In this document: positions 9,222-18,172 of the stretch, in pieces | How positions within the stretch are numbered: the stretch's first letter is position 1 | Layout: the number at the start of each line of letters is the position of its first letter | Assembly: GCA_034520945.1 (NCBI GenBank) | Contig: JAXHNB010000006.1 | Coordinates: forward strand, 480,001 to 544,000 | Source of the DNA: Trueperaceae bacterium | Lineage (GTDB): Bacteria; Deinococcota; Deinococci; Deinococcales; Trueperaceae | Length of the DNA: 64,000 nt | Reading direction: 5' to 3' | Notes under the pieces: generated by a model | Seen by the model: only the letters and a program-made list of their open reading frames with translations | The model's database searches: none | What the model was told of the DNA's origin: nothing | Position numbers and translations under genes: made by a program

Positions 9222-10514
9222 TCAGGGCTGCAGCCGGCTGCCGTCCCGCGGGAACGCCCGCGCGAAGCGCACGTTGGGAATCCCCAGCAACAGCGCGGTC
9301 AGGCGTTCCGCGCCGATGGCGAACCCGCCGTGGGGCGGCATGCCGTGCCGGAACACCTCGAGGTACCCCTCGAAGCGGCGCGGGTCCATGCCGCGCTTCT
9401 CGAGCTCCCGCACCAGCACGTCGTGCTCGTGCACGCGCTGCCCGCCGGAGGTGATCTCGACGCCGCGGAACAACAGGTCCACGCCGCGCGTCAATCCGTC
9501 GCCCGTCGGCTGCGTATAGAACGGCCGGGCCGCCTCCGGGTAGCGCGTCACGAACACGAAATCGCTGCCGTGCTCCTCCTTGGCCCACCGTCCCAGCAAC
9601 CGCTCGCCCTCGGGGTCGAGGTCCTTGCCGCCCGGCGCGTGGCCGTAGCGCTCCTCGACCAGGGCGCGCGCGTCCAGCAGCGGGATGCGGGGGAACGCCA
9701 CGCTGGTGTCCGGCACGGTCGCCTCGAGGCGGCGCAACAGCTCGCCGCAGCGCTCCCGCACGCGTGCCATGATCGCGCCGAGCAGCGCCTCCTGGAGGTC
9801 CATCACCTCGTCCTCGTCGCGGATGAAGCCGAACTCGACGTCCAGGCTGAGGTACTCGGCGAGGTGCCGGGTGGTGTGCGACGCCTCCGCCCGCCACACC
9901 GGCGCGGTCTCGTACACGCGCTCGTGCACCGCCACCATGATCTGCTTGTACAGCTGCGGCGACTGCGCCAGGAAGGCGCGCCGTCCGTAGTAGTCCACCT
10001 CGAACATGTCCGCGCCGCCCTCGGCGCCGGCCGCGACCAGCTTCGGGGTGAAGATCTCGGTGAAGTCCCGTGCGTCCAAGAAGGCCCGGAAGGCCGAGAC
10101 CAGCTGGGCCTGAACCGAGAGCATCGCCTGCGTCTCGGGCGCCCGCACGGTGACGTACCGGTACGCCAGCAGCGTCTCCGGATTGGCGTGCCAGCGTTCC
10201 TTGGGGATCTCGACCGGCGGGGGCGCGGTCGCTTCGCTCAGCACGGTCAGGGCGTCCGCTTGCACCTCGAACCCGCCCGGCGCCTTGTCGGACGCCACCA
10301 CCGTGCCGCCGACCTGCACGCACGACTCCGGCAACGGCACCGGCGTACCGTGCAGCACGCACTGCGCCACGCCGCTGCGATCGCGCAGCAGCAGGAACTG
10401 CACGCCGCCCAGGTCCCGCCGCGCGTGCACCCAGCCGCGCAGCGTCACGCGCGCGCCCAACTGCTCTTCCAGGGCGTGCGCGAGGGTTCGTTCGGCTTCG
10501 CTCGTCTCGCTCAT
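9222..10514 (-). CDS. aspS: Non-discriminating (archaeal-type) aspartate--tRNA(Asp/Asn) ligase
   Basis: About 430 aa with no GAD insertion; GWVHARRDLGG, KAPGG, LAQSPQLYKQ, EITSGGQR, GMPPHGGFAIGAERL; carries the His and Pro typical of ND-AspRS. Confidence 0.93.
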   Translation of the reverse strand: MSETSEAERTLAHALEEQLGARVTLRGWVHARRDLGGVQFLLLRDRSGVAQCVLHGTPVPLPESCVQVGGTVVASDKAPGGFEVQADALTVLSEATAPPPVEIPKERWHANPETLLAYRYVTVRAPETQAMLSVQAQLVSAFRAFLDARDFTEIFTPKLVAAGAEGGADMFEVDYYGRRAFLAQSPQLYKQIMVAVHERVYETAPVWRAEASHTTRHLAEYLSLDVEFGFIRDEDEVMDLQEALLGAIMARVRERCGELLRRLEATVPDTSVAFPRIPLLDARALVEERYGHAPGGKDLDPEGERLLGRWAKEEHGSDFVFVTRYPEAARPFYTQPTGDGLTRGVDLLFRGVEITSGGQRVHEHDVLVRELEKRGMDPRRFEGYLEVFRHGMPPHGGFAIGAERLTALLLGIPNVRFARAFPRDGSRLQP

Positions 10515-10545
10515 CGGTCCCAACCTTCCCAGAGGCGCATCAGCA

Positions 10546-10675
10546 GAACCCCCGAGGCCGCGCCCCGGGGGTTCCACGCGCGCAGATGTCGGCGCCCTAC
10601 GCCCCGAGGCCGTCTCCGCTCGAATTGTCGTCCCGCGCGGGCGCGGCGACGCCGGCATGGGCCGGGCTCGGGGCG
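10546..10675 (-). promoter_or_regulatory. Candidate attenuator of aspS with alternative hairpins 1:2, 2:3 and 3:4
   Basis: 3:4 stem GAACCCCCGGGGC-gcg-GCCUCGGGGGUUC (10546-10574); segment 2 (10600-10612) copies arm 4; segment 1 (10663-10675) is complementary to segment 2. Confidence 0.55.
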
Positions 10676-10680
10676 AACAT
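10597..10680 (-). CDS. Putative aspS leader peptide, 27 aa (MFAPSPAHAGVAAPARDDNSSGDGLGA)
   Basis: ATG lies 7 nt after a TAGGCT -10 box (10688-10693); GAC GAC AAT codons at 10624-10632; overlaps the alternative hairpins. Confidence 0.5.
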   Translation of the reverse strand: MFAPSPAHAGVAAPARDDNSSGDGLGA

Positions 10681-10690
10681 GCGCTGCAGC

Positions 10691-11164
10691 CTACTCCTGC
10701 CCGGCGTCGGGTGTCAAAGGTTCGGCGCCGGCCAGCTTCGGCGGTGGGGCGTCGAGGGCCGTGCGGACGGCCTCCCCCAGGGCCTGGAGGGGGCTTCGCG
10801 CCAGGAACGCGTCGGCGTCCAACCAGGCGTGCCTGTCGTGCTCCTCGCTGAGGCGCAGACGCCCGCCGACCGGCACGGCGCGGTACACCACCACCAACAT
10901 CGGCTCGCCGGCCCGGTCGGCCACGTACGCGGTCCATGGGCGGCCCTCGACGGCGATCTCCATGCCCGTCTCCTCCCACGCTTCGCGCCTGGCGGCCTGC
11001 CAGGGCTGCTCGTTCGGTTCGATCCGGCCGGACAGCGCCTCCCACACGCCGGGCGCCGCATCCTTCCAGGCCGCGCGGCGCAGCGCCAGCACCTGGCCGT
11101 CCCGGATCACCAGGACGGCCACGGCGGCGACGTGATGGGCGTGCACCGGCTCGTGCACGCCCAT
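10691..11164 (-). CDS. NUDIX hydrolase
   Basis: Nudix box GRIEPNEQPWQAARREAWEETG; LSEEHDRHAW. Confidence 0.88.
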   Translation of the reverse strand: MGVHEPVHAHHVAAVAVLVIRDGQVLALRRAAWKDAAPGVWEALSGRIEPNEQPWQAARREAWEETGMEIAVEGRPWTAYVADRAGEPMLVVVYRAVPVGGRLRLSEEHDRHAWLDADAFLARSPLQALGEAVRTALDAPPPKLAGAEPLTPDAGQE

Positions 11165-11179
11165 CCGGGGCGGATGCGC

Positions 11180-12724
11180 TCAGCGCTGCGGCGCGGGCGT
11201 GAACTCGCCCGTCTCCACGTCGACGGAGCCGATGGGGCGGAGCAGGATCTCCGCCGCGGCGAGGTTGCGACCCTCACCACGCGTGGCCTGTGAAGCCAGC
11301 GCCATGTCGTACGGCTCCGCCTGCGAGCGGTCCACCTCGAGCCCGATGTCCTCGAGCGACGCGATGCTCATCTCGCTGAGAGGGTTGTGCTGACCTTCGT
11401 TCAGGTAGCCGGTCATGAGCTCGTTGCCGAAGGTGTCGTCGTCCCAGTGGCCGCAGCGGGTGCCCAGCCGGCCGTCCGCCTCGACGGGGATGTCGCCGCT
11501 CTCGCCCAGGTCGTGGTACGCGCTGACGCCCATGGCACCGGTGTAGACGGGCAACTGGGTGAACGAGTCGACCGTCTCGCAGGTCTCGCCGGCGCTGGGC
11601 TCGTAGTCCAGCAGGGCGAACGGTCCGAACTCCCAGTTGGTGCCGAAGCCGAGCACGTGGCCGATCTCGTGCACCAGGGTCTCGCGCAGGTCGCCGTCGT
11701 CCTCGAGGTCGGCCAGGTACGAGGTGTTGAGCTCCATGTAGCCGACGAAGTTGGTGCCGTCGTCCGGTCCGCTGGTACGGGTCAGGCACGGCCCGGCCAG
11801 ACCAATCGTATTGGAGCTCGGGTTGGTGAAGGTGGTGACGAAGATCAGGAGGTCGTCGATGGTCCCGTCGAAGGCGGGCTCACCCTGTTCGCAGGACTCG
11901 CCGGTTGCGGCGTCGTGCGCGATGTCCTGAAGATCGCCGGTCACGATGGACTCCCAGCGTGCCACGGCATCCTCGAAGGCGGCTCGCTGCGAGGCCGAGA
12001 AGTCGCTATCGAACATTCGCAACTCGATCTGGAAATCTCCGCTGCTCGGTGGCGGCTCGTAGGTGATCGTGACATCATGCGTAGCTGGCTTGCCCGCTGC
12101 GTCCTCGGCGGTGATCGTCAGGTCGTTGTCGCCGGTCTGGAGAAACACGTCGGGACAGATGAAGCTACCGCCGCTTACCGTGCAGGTGTACGTGCTGGCC
12201 TCGGTGTGGTTCTCCAACGCGACGCTGGCGACGGTACCGTCGTCGCTGACGTCGCCGGTCACATCGATCGGCTGGTCGGCCAGGGTAGCGCCGTCTTGGG
12301 GGGTCACATTGCTGAGCGTCGGGGCGCCCGAACCGCCGCCTGCTTCGCGGGTGACGCTGATCGGCACGGTCCGCTGGTTTCCGTCCCCGTCGCGGACGAC
12401 GACGTCGATCAGGTTGACGCCCTCGACCAGCTCGACGTCCGAACAGGTGAACGAGTTGCCGCTGACGGCACAGAACGCGCCGAACCCATTGGCGCCGTTC
12501 GCGACGGTGACGTCTCCGATGCCGTCCTGGTCGGTGGCGGTGCCTTCGATGTCGATCGGCGACGTGCTCACCGTGGTGCTACCGGCGGGGCTGGTGAGGG
12601 TGACCTCGGGCGGGCCGTCGTCGGGCTCGGGCCCCGGCCCGGTCACGACGTTCACTTCCTGACACCCGACGGCCAACGCCAGCAGCGCCCCGCAGGCGAT
12701 CGCAGCGCGCAGCGACCGACGCAT
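11180..12724 (-). CDS. Lipoprotein with two Ig-like domains and a leishmanolysin (M8)-like zinc metalloprotease domain
   Basis: Lipobox LAVGC; two repeated Ig-like beta domains; HEIGHVLGFG, GHW and ELMTGY Met-turn. Start codon uncertain. Confidence 0.8.
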   Translation of the reverse strand: MRRSLRAAIACGALLALAVGCQEVNVVTGPGPEPDDGPPEVTLTSPAGSTTVSTSPIDIEGTATDQDGIGDVTVANGANGFGAFCAVSGNSFTCSDVELVEGVNLIDVVVRDGDGNQRTVPISVTREAGGGSGAPTLSNVTPQDGATLADQPIDVTGDVSDDGTVASVALENHTEASTYTCTVSGGSFICPDVFLQTGDNDLTITAEDAAGKPATHDVTITYEPPPSSGDFQIELRMFDSDFSASQRAAFEDAVARWESIVTGDLQDIAHDAATGESCEQGEPAFDGTIDDLLIFVTTFTNPSSNTIGLAGPCLTRTSGPDDGTNFVGYMELNTSYLADLEDDGDLRETLVHEIGHVLGFGTNWEFGPFALLDYEPSAGETCETVDSFTQLPVYTGAMGVSAYHDLGESGDIPVEADGRLGTRCGHWDDDTFGNELMTGYLNEGQHNPLSEMSIASLEDIGLEVDRSQAEPYDMALASQATRGEGRNLAAAEILLRPIGSVDVETGEFTPAPQR

Positions 12725-12880
12725 GTACCTGCGTGGGAGAGACGCGTGCATGTTCATGCGGGCCGACGCTAGCACGCGGAATCGGGGCCAGCCTCCCGTC
12801 GGTGAAGCAGGCTTCACGTACGCTGTGCCCCGGGGCGTAGATGCCTCCCAGAGCGCCGTACCCGACGGGCCTGGTGCGCT

Positions 12881-13285
12881 TCAGGGATCGCTCTGGCCGC
12901 CCTCATCATCGTCACGCGCCCCCTCGCGGTCCCGTTCCCGCGCCAGCGCCCGCATGGCCGTCAGCGCCCGCGGGAAGCCGGCGAACATGGCGGCGTGCAG
13001 GATCGTCTCCTTCGCTTCGTCGTAGCTGCCGCCGTTGCGGAGCAGGGCGCGGACGTGCGTGCGGATCTCGTCCTCGTGGCCGACGTGCATCAGGTGCGCG
13101 ATCGCCAGCAGCGAGCGCGTGCGGTGGTCCAGGCCGGGCCGGGCGAAGACGCGGCCGTAGGCAATGTTCAGGATCAGGTCGGCGAGGTCGGGGTCGACCT
13201 CGCGCAGGGCGGCCTCGATGCGGGCGGCGTCCTCGCCCCACAGGGCGCGGGCGGGGTGGTCGTCGCCCCGGTCGCCCGCGCTCAT
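12881..13285 (-). CDS. Carboxymuconolactone decarboxylase (CMD/AhpD-like) family protein
   Basis: AYGRVFARPGLDHRTRSLL...HVRALLRNG...ETILHAAMFAGFP; ATGA overlap with thiN. Confidence 0.85.
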   Translation of the reverse strand: MSAGDRGDDHPARALWGEDAARIEAALREVDPDLADLILNIAYGRVFARPGLDHRTRSLLAIAHLMHVGHEDEIRTHVRALLRNGGSYDEAKETILHAAMFAGFPRALTAMRALARERDREGARDDDEGGQSDP

Positions 13286-13914
13286 TCGTGCCACTCCACG
13301 ATCAGCAGGACCTGGCCGGCGTGCACGCGGACGCGCGGCCCGCCGCGGGCTTGGTTCGACAGGCCGAGGCCGACCCCTGGGGGCAGCTCGCTGCGGGTCA
13401 GGTCGTACGTTGCCCCGCTCACGTCCAGGGTGGCGGGGGCGCCGACGGCCAGCAGGCTGAACACCGTGCCGTCCGGCAGGGCCTCGTCGAACAGGTCGCC
13501 GGGCCCCAGCGGGTGGGCGTCGTGACGGCCGTCCAGCAGCGCGACGCGGAGGCCCTCGGCGGCGTAGCGCAATGCCACCAGCGCCGCGGCGACGCTCTGG
13601 TCCAAGCGACCCCCGAACGCGCCGACCACCCGCACTTCGTGCGCGCCGCGGGCCCAGGCCGCGTCGATCGCCAGTTCCAGGTCCAACGCGTCCTTGTCGG
13701 TCGGAAAGCGCTCTTGCGGGAGGTCCGGCCACCGGTCCAGGTCTGTGGCCTGGACCGAGTCCAGGTCGCCGACCAGCAGGTCGGGGGTGAGGCCGAGCGC
13801 CTCGGCGTGCCGCAGGCCGCCGTCGGCGGCGACGATCATGTCGGCGCCGGCCAGGCGCTCGTGGAGGCGTGCGTCTGCGTGCACCGATCCGCCCGCCAGC
13901 ACCAGGGCGATCAC
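13282..13914 (-). CDS. thiN: Thiamine diphosphokinase
   Basis: AADGG, VGDLDS, DKDALDLELA, GAFGGRLDQ, GLSN motifs; GTGA overlap with the ABC ATPase gene. Confidence 0.9.
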   Translation of the reverse strand: MIALVLAGGSVHADARLHERLAGADMIVAADGGLRHAEALGLTPDLLVGDLDSVQATDLDRWPDLPQERFPTDKDALDLELAIDAAWARGAHEVRVVGAFGGRLDQSVAAALVALRYAAEGLRVALLDGRHDAHPLGPGDLFDEALPDGTVFSLLAVGAPATLDVSGATYDLTRSELPPGVGLGLSNQARGGPRVRVHAGQVLLIVEWHE

Positions 13915-14903
13915 GCGCGTACCTCCAGCACCGTCCACGCGTCGTCCGGCACCCGCAGGTGCAGGGTGTCGCCCACCTGGGGCGGGCCGGACGCCAACTC
14001 GCGCGGGCGGGCGTGCCAGGTGAGCTGCACGCCCCACTCGGGGGAGGCCAGCTGCAGCGCCAGGTCGGTGCCGACCCGCTGGACGCGGCGCACCTCGAAG
14101 GGATGTCCGTCCGGGTGGGGCGTCAATCGTTCGGTGCGCAGCAGGACGGGTCCGGGGAAGCCGAGCGTGCGGGCCGTCGTTTCGGGCAGCAGTTCGCGCA
14201 GGCCCAGGAAGCGGGCCACCCAGGCGTTGCGGGGCTGCTCGACCAGCTCGTCCGGGGTGCCCTCCTGCGCGATGCGTCCCTCGCGCATCACCGCCACGCG
14301 GTCCGCCAGCGCGAACGCCTCGGTTTGGTCGTGCGTGACGTGGATCGCGCGGACGTCCAGCTGGGCCAGCAGGGTGGCCAGCTCCTCGCCGAGCTCGTCG
14401 CGGAGGGTCCGGTCGAGGTTCGACAGCGGCTCGTCCAACAGCAACAGCGACGGCCGGGGTGCCAGGGCGCGGGCCAGCGCGACGCGCTGCTGCTGCCCGC
14501 CGGACAGCTCGTGCGGGCGCCGGGCGGCCAGCTCCGGCATGCCCATCGAGGACAGAAGCTCCTGCACGCGCGCCTGCTGGTCGGACTTCGGCCAACCGCG
14601 CTCCACCAGGCCGAAGGCGACGTTGGTCGCGACGTCCATGTGCGGGAACAGCGCGTAGTCCTGGAACACCATCCCCACCCCCCGCCGCTGCGGCGGCACG
14701 CGCCGCAGGTCCGCGCCGTCCAGGCGCACCGCGCCATGATCCGGCGGTTCCAGCCCCGCGACCAGGCGCAGCAGTGTCGACTTGCCGCACCCTGAGGGGC
14801 CCAGCAGCGCCACCGTCGCTCCTTCCGGCACCGTCAGATTCACGCCGTTCACGGCGCGCACGGCGCCGTAGCGTCGCGACAGGTCGTCCAGTTCGAGGGC
14901 CAC
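13911..14903 (-). CDS. thiQ: Thiamine ABC transporter ATP-binding subunit
   Basis: GPSGCGKS, LSGGQQQRVALARAL, LLLLDEP; GTG start chosen because a TATGAT box lies 7 nt upstream; thiamine locus context. Confidence 0.85.
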   Translation of the reverse strand: MALELDDLSRRYGAVRAVNGVNLTVPEGATVALLGPSGCGKSTLLRLVAGLEPPDHGAVRLDGADLRRVPPQRRGVGMVFQDYALFPHMDVATNVAFGLVERGWPKSDQQARVQELLSSMGMPELAARRPHELSGGQQQRVALARALAPRPSLLLLDEPLSNLDRTLRDELGEELATLLAQLDVRAIHVTHDQTEAFALADRVAVMREGRIAQEGTPDELVEQPRNAWVARFLGLRELLPETTARTLGFPGPVLLRTERLTPHPDGHPFEVRRVQRVGTDLALQLASPEWGVQLTWHARPRELASGPPQVGDTLHLRVPDDAWTVLEVRA

Positions 14904-14968
14904 GGGCGGCATCATACCCGCGGCCCAGCGGGCCGGATCCGGCGTTTTGGGGCGGCTGGAAACGACGT

Positions 14969-16555
14969 TCAGAATTCGCTCTCACCGCCCCACCGGTCCA
15001 GTACCGCGATCACCAGGGCGGTCAGAATCATGAGCAATAGCGCCATCACCATCGCCGCGGCGTAGTTCTCGGCGCCCGGCCGGGACAGGCGCTGGTAGAT
15101 CGCGACCGGCAGGGTGGCGTGCTCGGGTCGGGCCAGCACCAGGGCCGCGCCGAACTCGCCCAGCGACACCGCCGCCGCGAACCCCGCGCCCGTCGCCAGC
15201 CCCGAGGTCATGGCGGGCAGGTCGATGCGCCACGCCCGCCGCCACGGTCCCGCCCCCGCCGTCGCCGCCGCGGCCGTGCGGGAGGCAGGGATGCCGCGCA
15301 GCGACGGCAGCACCGAGCGAACCACGAACGGCACCGCGATCAGCGCGTGGGCCATGGCCAGGCCCCAGAAGGTGCCGGCCAGGTAGGGCCAGGCCAACAG
15401 GTAGCCCAGCCCCAGCGTCACGGCGCTGGTCGCCAACGGGAGCAGGCTGGCGCGGTCCAGCACCCGCCACCTGCCCCGTACCACCGCGAACGCGAAGGCG
15501 ACGCCCACCACCACCGCCGCACCGCCCCCCATCAGCGCGAACCGCAACGAGTTCCACGCCGCCTGCGTGGCGGTCGTCACGCCCGAGAGTCCGCTGGGGG
15601 TGAAGGCGGCGCGCACGCCCATCAGCGTGAACCCGTCCGCACCGGGCGGCACGAACGCGCGACCCGCCAGGGCCAGCAGCGGCGCGGCCGTCAGCAGGGC
15701 GGGGGGGAGCAGCGCGAGAATCAGCACGACCGCGCCGACGCGGCCCGGTCGCGGCAGCGGCGTCGCGGCGGACAGCGGCACGGCGGCGCGGGCCTGCAGG
15801 GCGGTGTACACCCCACCGACGCTCAACGCCACGGCCAGCTGCACCAGCGCCAGCGTAGCGGCGACGTCCAGGCGCAGCACGCGGCTCAGGTTGCGGTAGA
15901 TCTCGACCTCCAGCGTGTTCCAGCCGCCGCCCGGCGCCAGGATCAGGATCACGCCGAAGGAGGTGAAGCAGAACACGAACACCAGCGCGGCGGCCGCCAG
16001 GATGGCCGGCGCCGCCAGCGGCAGCGTCACGCGGCGCATGGTTCGCCACGGGCCGGCCCCCAGCGTGGCGGCGGCGTCGCGCAGCTTGGGGGCGTTGGCC
16101 TCCAGGAAGCCCCCGACCATCCGCACCACGACGGCGTGGTTGTAGAACACGTGCGCCAACAGGACCAGCGCCAGGGTGTCGCTCAGGTCGAGACCGGCCG
16201 CGCCGCCGGGGCCCAGCCAGGCCAGGAAGCCGGCCCCGGCCACGACGGTGGGCATCACGAACGGCACCGTGAACGCCGCCCGCACCAAGCGCTTGCCGGG
16301 GAAGCGCCAGCGGGCGAACGCCAACGCGCCGGGAATGCCGATCGCGACCGTCAGCAGCGTCGACAGCGTCGCCTGAACGACCGTCAGGCCGAGGCGGGAG
16401 AGGAGGTAGGGGTCGCTGGCGACGGCGCGCAGCGTCGCCCACGGGCCGTCCGCCAGGCCGCGCGCCACCACGGCCACCAGCGGCACCGCCAGCAGCAGCG
16501 CCAGGAACGCCGTGGCCAGCAGACCGGCGACCAGACCGAGCGGCAGGGGCCTCAT
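14969..16555 (-). CDS. thiP: Thiamine ABC transporter permease (ThiP/FbpB type, duplicated TM domain)
   Basis: Highly hydrophobic with two EAA-like loops (DAAATLGA, AAAATAGA); FCFTSFG and SLGEFG. Confidence 0.85.
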   Translation of the reverse strand: MRPLPLGLVAGLLATAFLALLLAVPLVAVVARGLADGPWATLRAVASDPYLLSRLGLTVVQATLSTLLTVAIGIPGALAFARWRFPGKRLVRAAFTVPFVMPTVVAGAGFLAWLGPGGAAGLDLSDTLALVLLAHVFYNHAVVVRMVGGFLEANAPKLRDAAATLGAGPWRTMRRVTLPLAAPAILAAAALVFVFCFTSFGVILILAPGGGWNTLEVEIYRNLSRVLRLDVAATLALVQLAVALSVGGVYTALQARAAVPLSAATPLPRPGRVGAVVLILALLPPALLTAAPLLALAGRAFVPPGADGFTLMGVRAAFTPSGLSGVTTATQAAWNSLRFALMGGGAAVVVGVAFAFAVVRGRWRVLDRASLLPLATSAVTLGLGYLLAWPYLAGTFWGLAMAHALIAVPFVVRSVLPSLRGIPASRTAAAATAGAGPWRRAWRIDLPAMTSGLATGAGFAAAVSLGEFGAALVLARPEHATLPVAIYQRLSRPGAENYAAAMVMALLLMILTALVIAVLDRWGGESEF

Positions 16556-16905
16556 GGCGACCCCGGGCGGCGCCGCCACGCCCGGCGTGTCAGGTGCGGC
16601 GACGTGCCGGGTTGCGGCAAGCGATCATGCCGTGCAGGACGCATGCCCCCGCGTTGCCGCCACCTTAGGTATCCCGGGGGGTTCCCAACCATGGGCGCGG
16701 CGGGGTAGAAGGGGCGTCGGCATGATACGGCCACGTCACCCCCTCGTCAGTTGGATCCGTCGCCGGTTCGGCCGGCCTCGCGCCAGACGGTCCGTTCGCG
16801 GCCCCGTCGCCTCCATCCGAGAGGAACGTGCCACCCTCGCCCGCTGGGCGCGCCGCTCCGAAGAGCGTGCCTCCTGAGGACCTGCGTCCAAGCGCCCTCG
16901 CTCCC

Positions 16906-17997
16906 TCACCGCACCTGCTCCGGGCTGCGGCCCCTGCGTACCACCTCGGTCCACTGATCCAACCAGCGTTCCTGCTCCCGTTCGATCCGTTCGGCCGGGA
17001 GATCGGCGGTCTGCGCTTCGCTGGGCATGGTGGCGAAGCGATCGTAGGCGTCCGGGAGCGCCACGTCCTCCCGGACGGGGTAGACGAACATCGAGGTGGG
17101 GACCGCCTCCTGCACCTCCTCCGAGATCAGGAAGTCGATCACGCGTTCGGCGTCCTCGGGGCGGCCTGACCCGGCCAGGATGCCGGCCGCCTCGATCTGA
17201 CGCCAGGCGCACGCTTCGCACGTCAGGTTCAGGGTGAGCGGCGCCTCGGGCGGTTCGTCGGCGAAGATCGCTTCGGCGGCGGGGCTGGTGGCGTAGGACA
17301 GCACGATGGGACGGTCGCCGCCGTAGCGGGTGAAGGCCGTGTAGTACGCGTCGGACCAGCCGGAGGTCACCTGCACGTCCGCGTCGCGCAGGTCGGCCCA
17401 GTAGTCCAGCCAGTCGTACGACCCGCCCTCGCCGAAACGGGCGACCGTGGTGAGGAGGAACGCCAGGCCAGGGCTGCTGGTGGCGGGGTCCGGCACGACG
17501 GTGGCGCCGTGGTAGGGCCCCTGCACCAAGTCGGTCAGGTCCTCCGGCAGGGGCAGGCCGCGCTCCTCCAGGGCCGCGGGATCCAGGTTGAAGTTGACGT
17601 ACCCCACCGTGACCGGCGTGAGCAGGTCGCCGGCGAAGCGCAGTTCGTCCCGCACCGCCAAGATCCCCTCCGCGCGGTAGGGCGTGAACAGGTCGCGGGC
17701 GCCCTCGCGGGCGATCAGCGCGTCGTCGATGCCGAACAGCGCGTCGGCGATGGGGCGCGCCCGCGTCAACAGGGCCCGGTTCACCATCTCGCCAGCGTCG
17801 CCGCCGGAGAGGACGCGCAGCTCCAGGCCGGTGTCGTCTTCGAAGCGTTCGATCGCCTCGTCCGGCAGCGAGAACGAATCGTGCGTCAGCAGGGTGACGG
17901 GCTGCGCATGCGTCAGGGCCGTCACCGCCAGAACGGCCCAGAACAGCAGCACCGCGAACCCGAGCCGCCGGATACGAATCATCTGTCTGTGGGTCAT
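16906..17997 (-). CDS. thiB: Thiamine ABC transporter substrate-binding protein
   Basis: Signal peptide; LLTHDSF, DPATSSPGLAFL, WSDAYY, SYATSP typical of TbpA/ThiB; directly downstream of a TPP riboswitch. Confidence 0.92.
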   Translation of the reverse strand: MTHRQMIRIRRLGFAVLLFWAVLAVTALTHAQPVTLLTHDSFSLPDEAIERFEDDTGLELRVLSGGDAGEMVNRALLTRARPIADALFGIDDALIAREGARDLFTPYRAEGILAVRDELRFAGDLLTPVTVGYVNFNLDPAALEERGLPLPEDLTDLVQGPYHGATVVPDPATSSPGLAFLLTTVARFGEGGSYDWLDYWADLRDADVQVTSGWSDAYYTAFTRYGGDRPIVLSYATSPAAEAIFADEPPEAPLTLNLTCEACAWRQIEAAGILAGSGRPEDAERVIDFLISEEVQEAVPTSMFVYPVREDVALPDAYDRFATMPSEAQTADLPAERIEREQERWLDQWTEVVRRGRSPEQVR

Positions 17998-18031
17998 GAG
18001 GGGTCCCTTCCGTCACCAGGGAAGGGGATCG

Positions 18032-18113
18032 GTCACGCTTCCTACGCCCGTACGAACGGGGTCAGGTTCGAGGGTGTGATCTCAGCCCGGACGTTCCGGG
18101 CACCCCTGGCGAC
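18032..18113 (-). ncRNA. TPP riboswitch (THI element)
   Basis: Minus strand reads CCAGGGGUGC...GCUGAGAUCACACCCUCGAACCUGA...GGCGUAGGAAGCG; the following hairpin CCCUUCC...GGAAGGG sequesters the thiB RBS. Confidence 0.95.
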
Positions 18114-18172
18114 GAGATCATGATATCACGCCCCGTGGATGCCCGGCGCGGTGGGCGCACCCCGCACCGCCC

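Noticed and set aside
10566..10580. TGGAACC heptamer upstream of aspS resembling a T-box antiterminator bulge
   Set aside because: No recognisable Stem I (AG bulge, GNUG loop), and the helix after the bulge cannot close a sensible loop; the leader-peptide model fits better.
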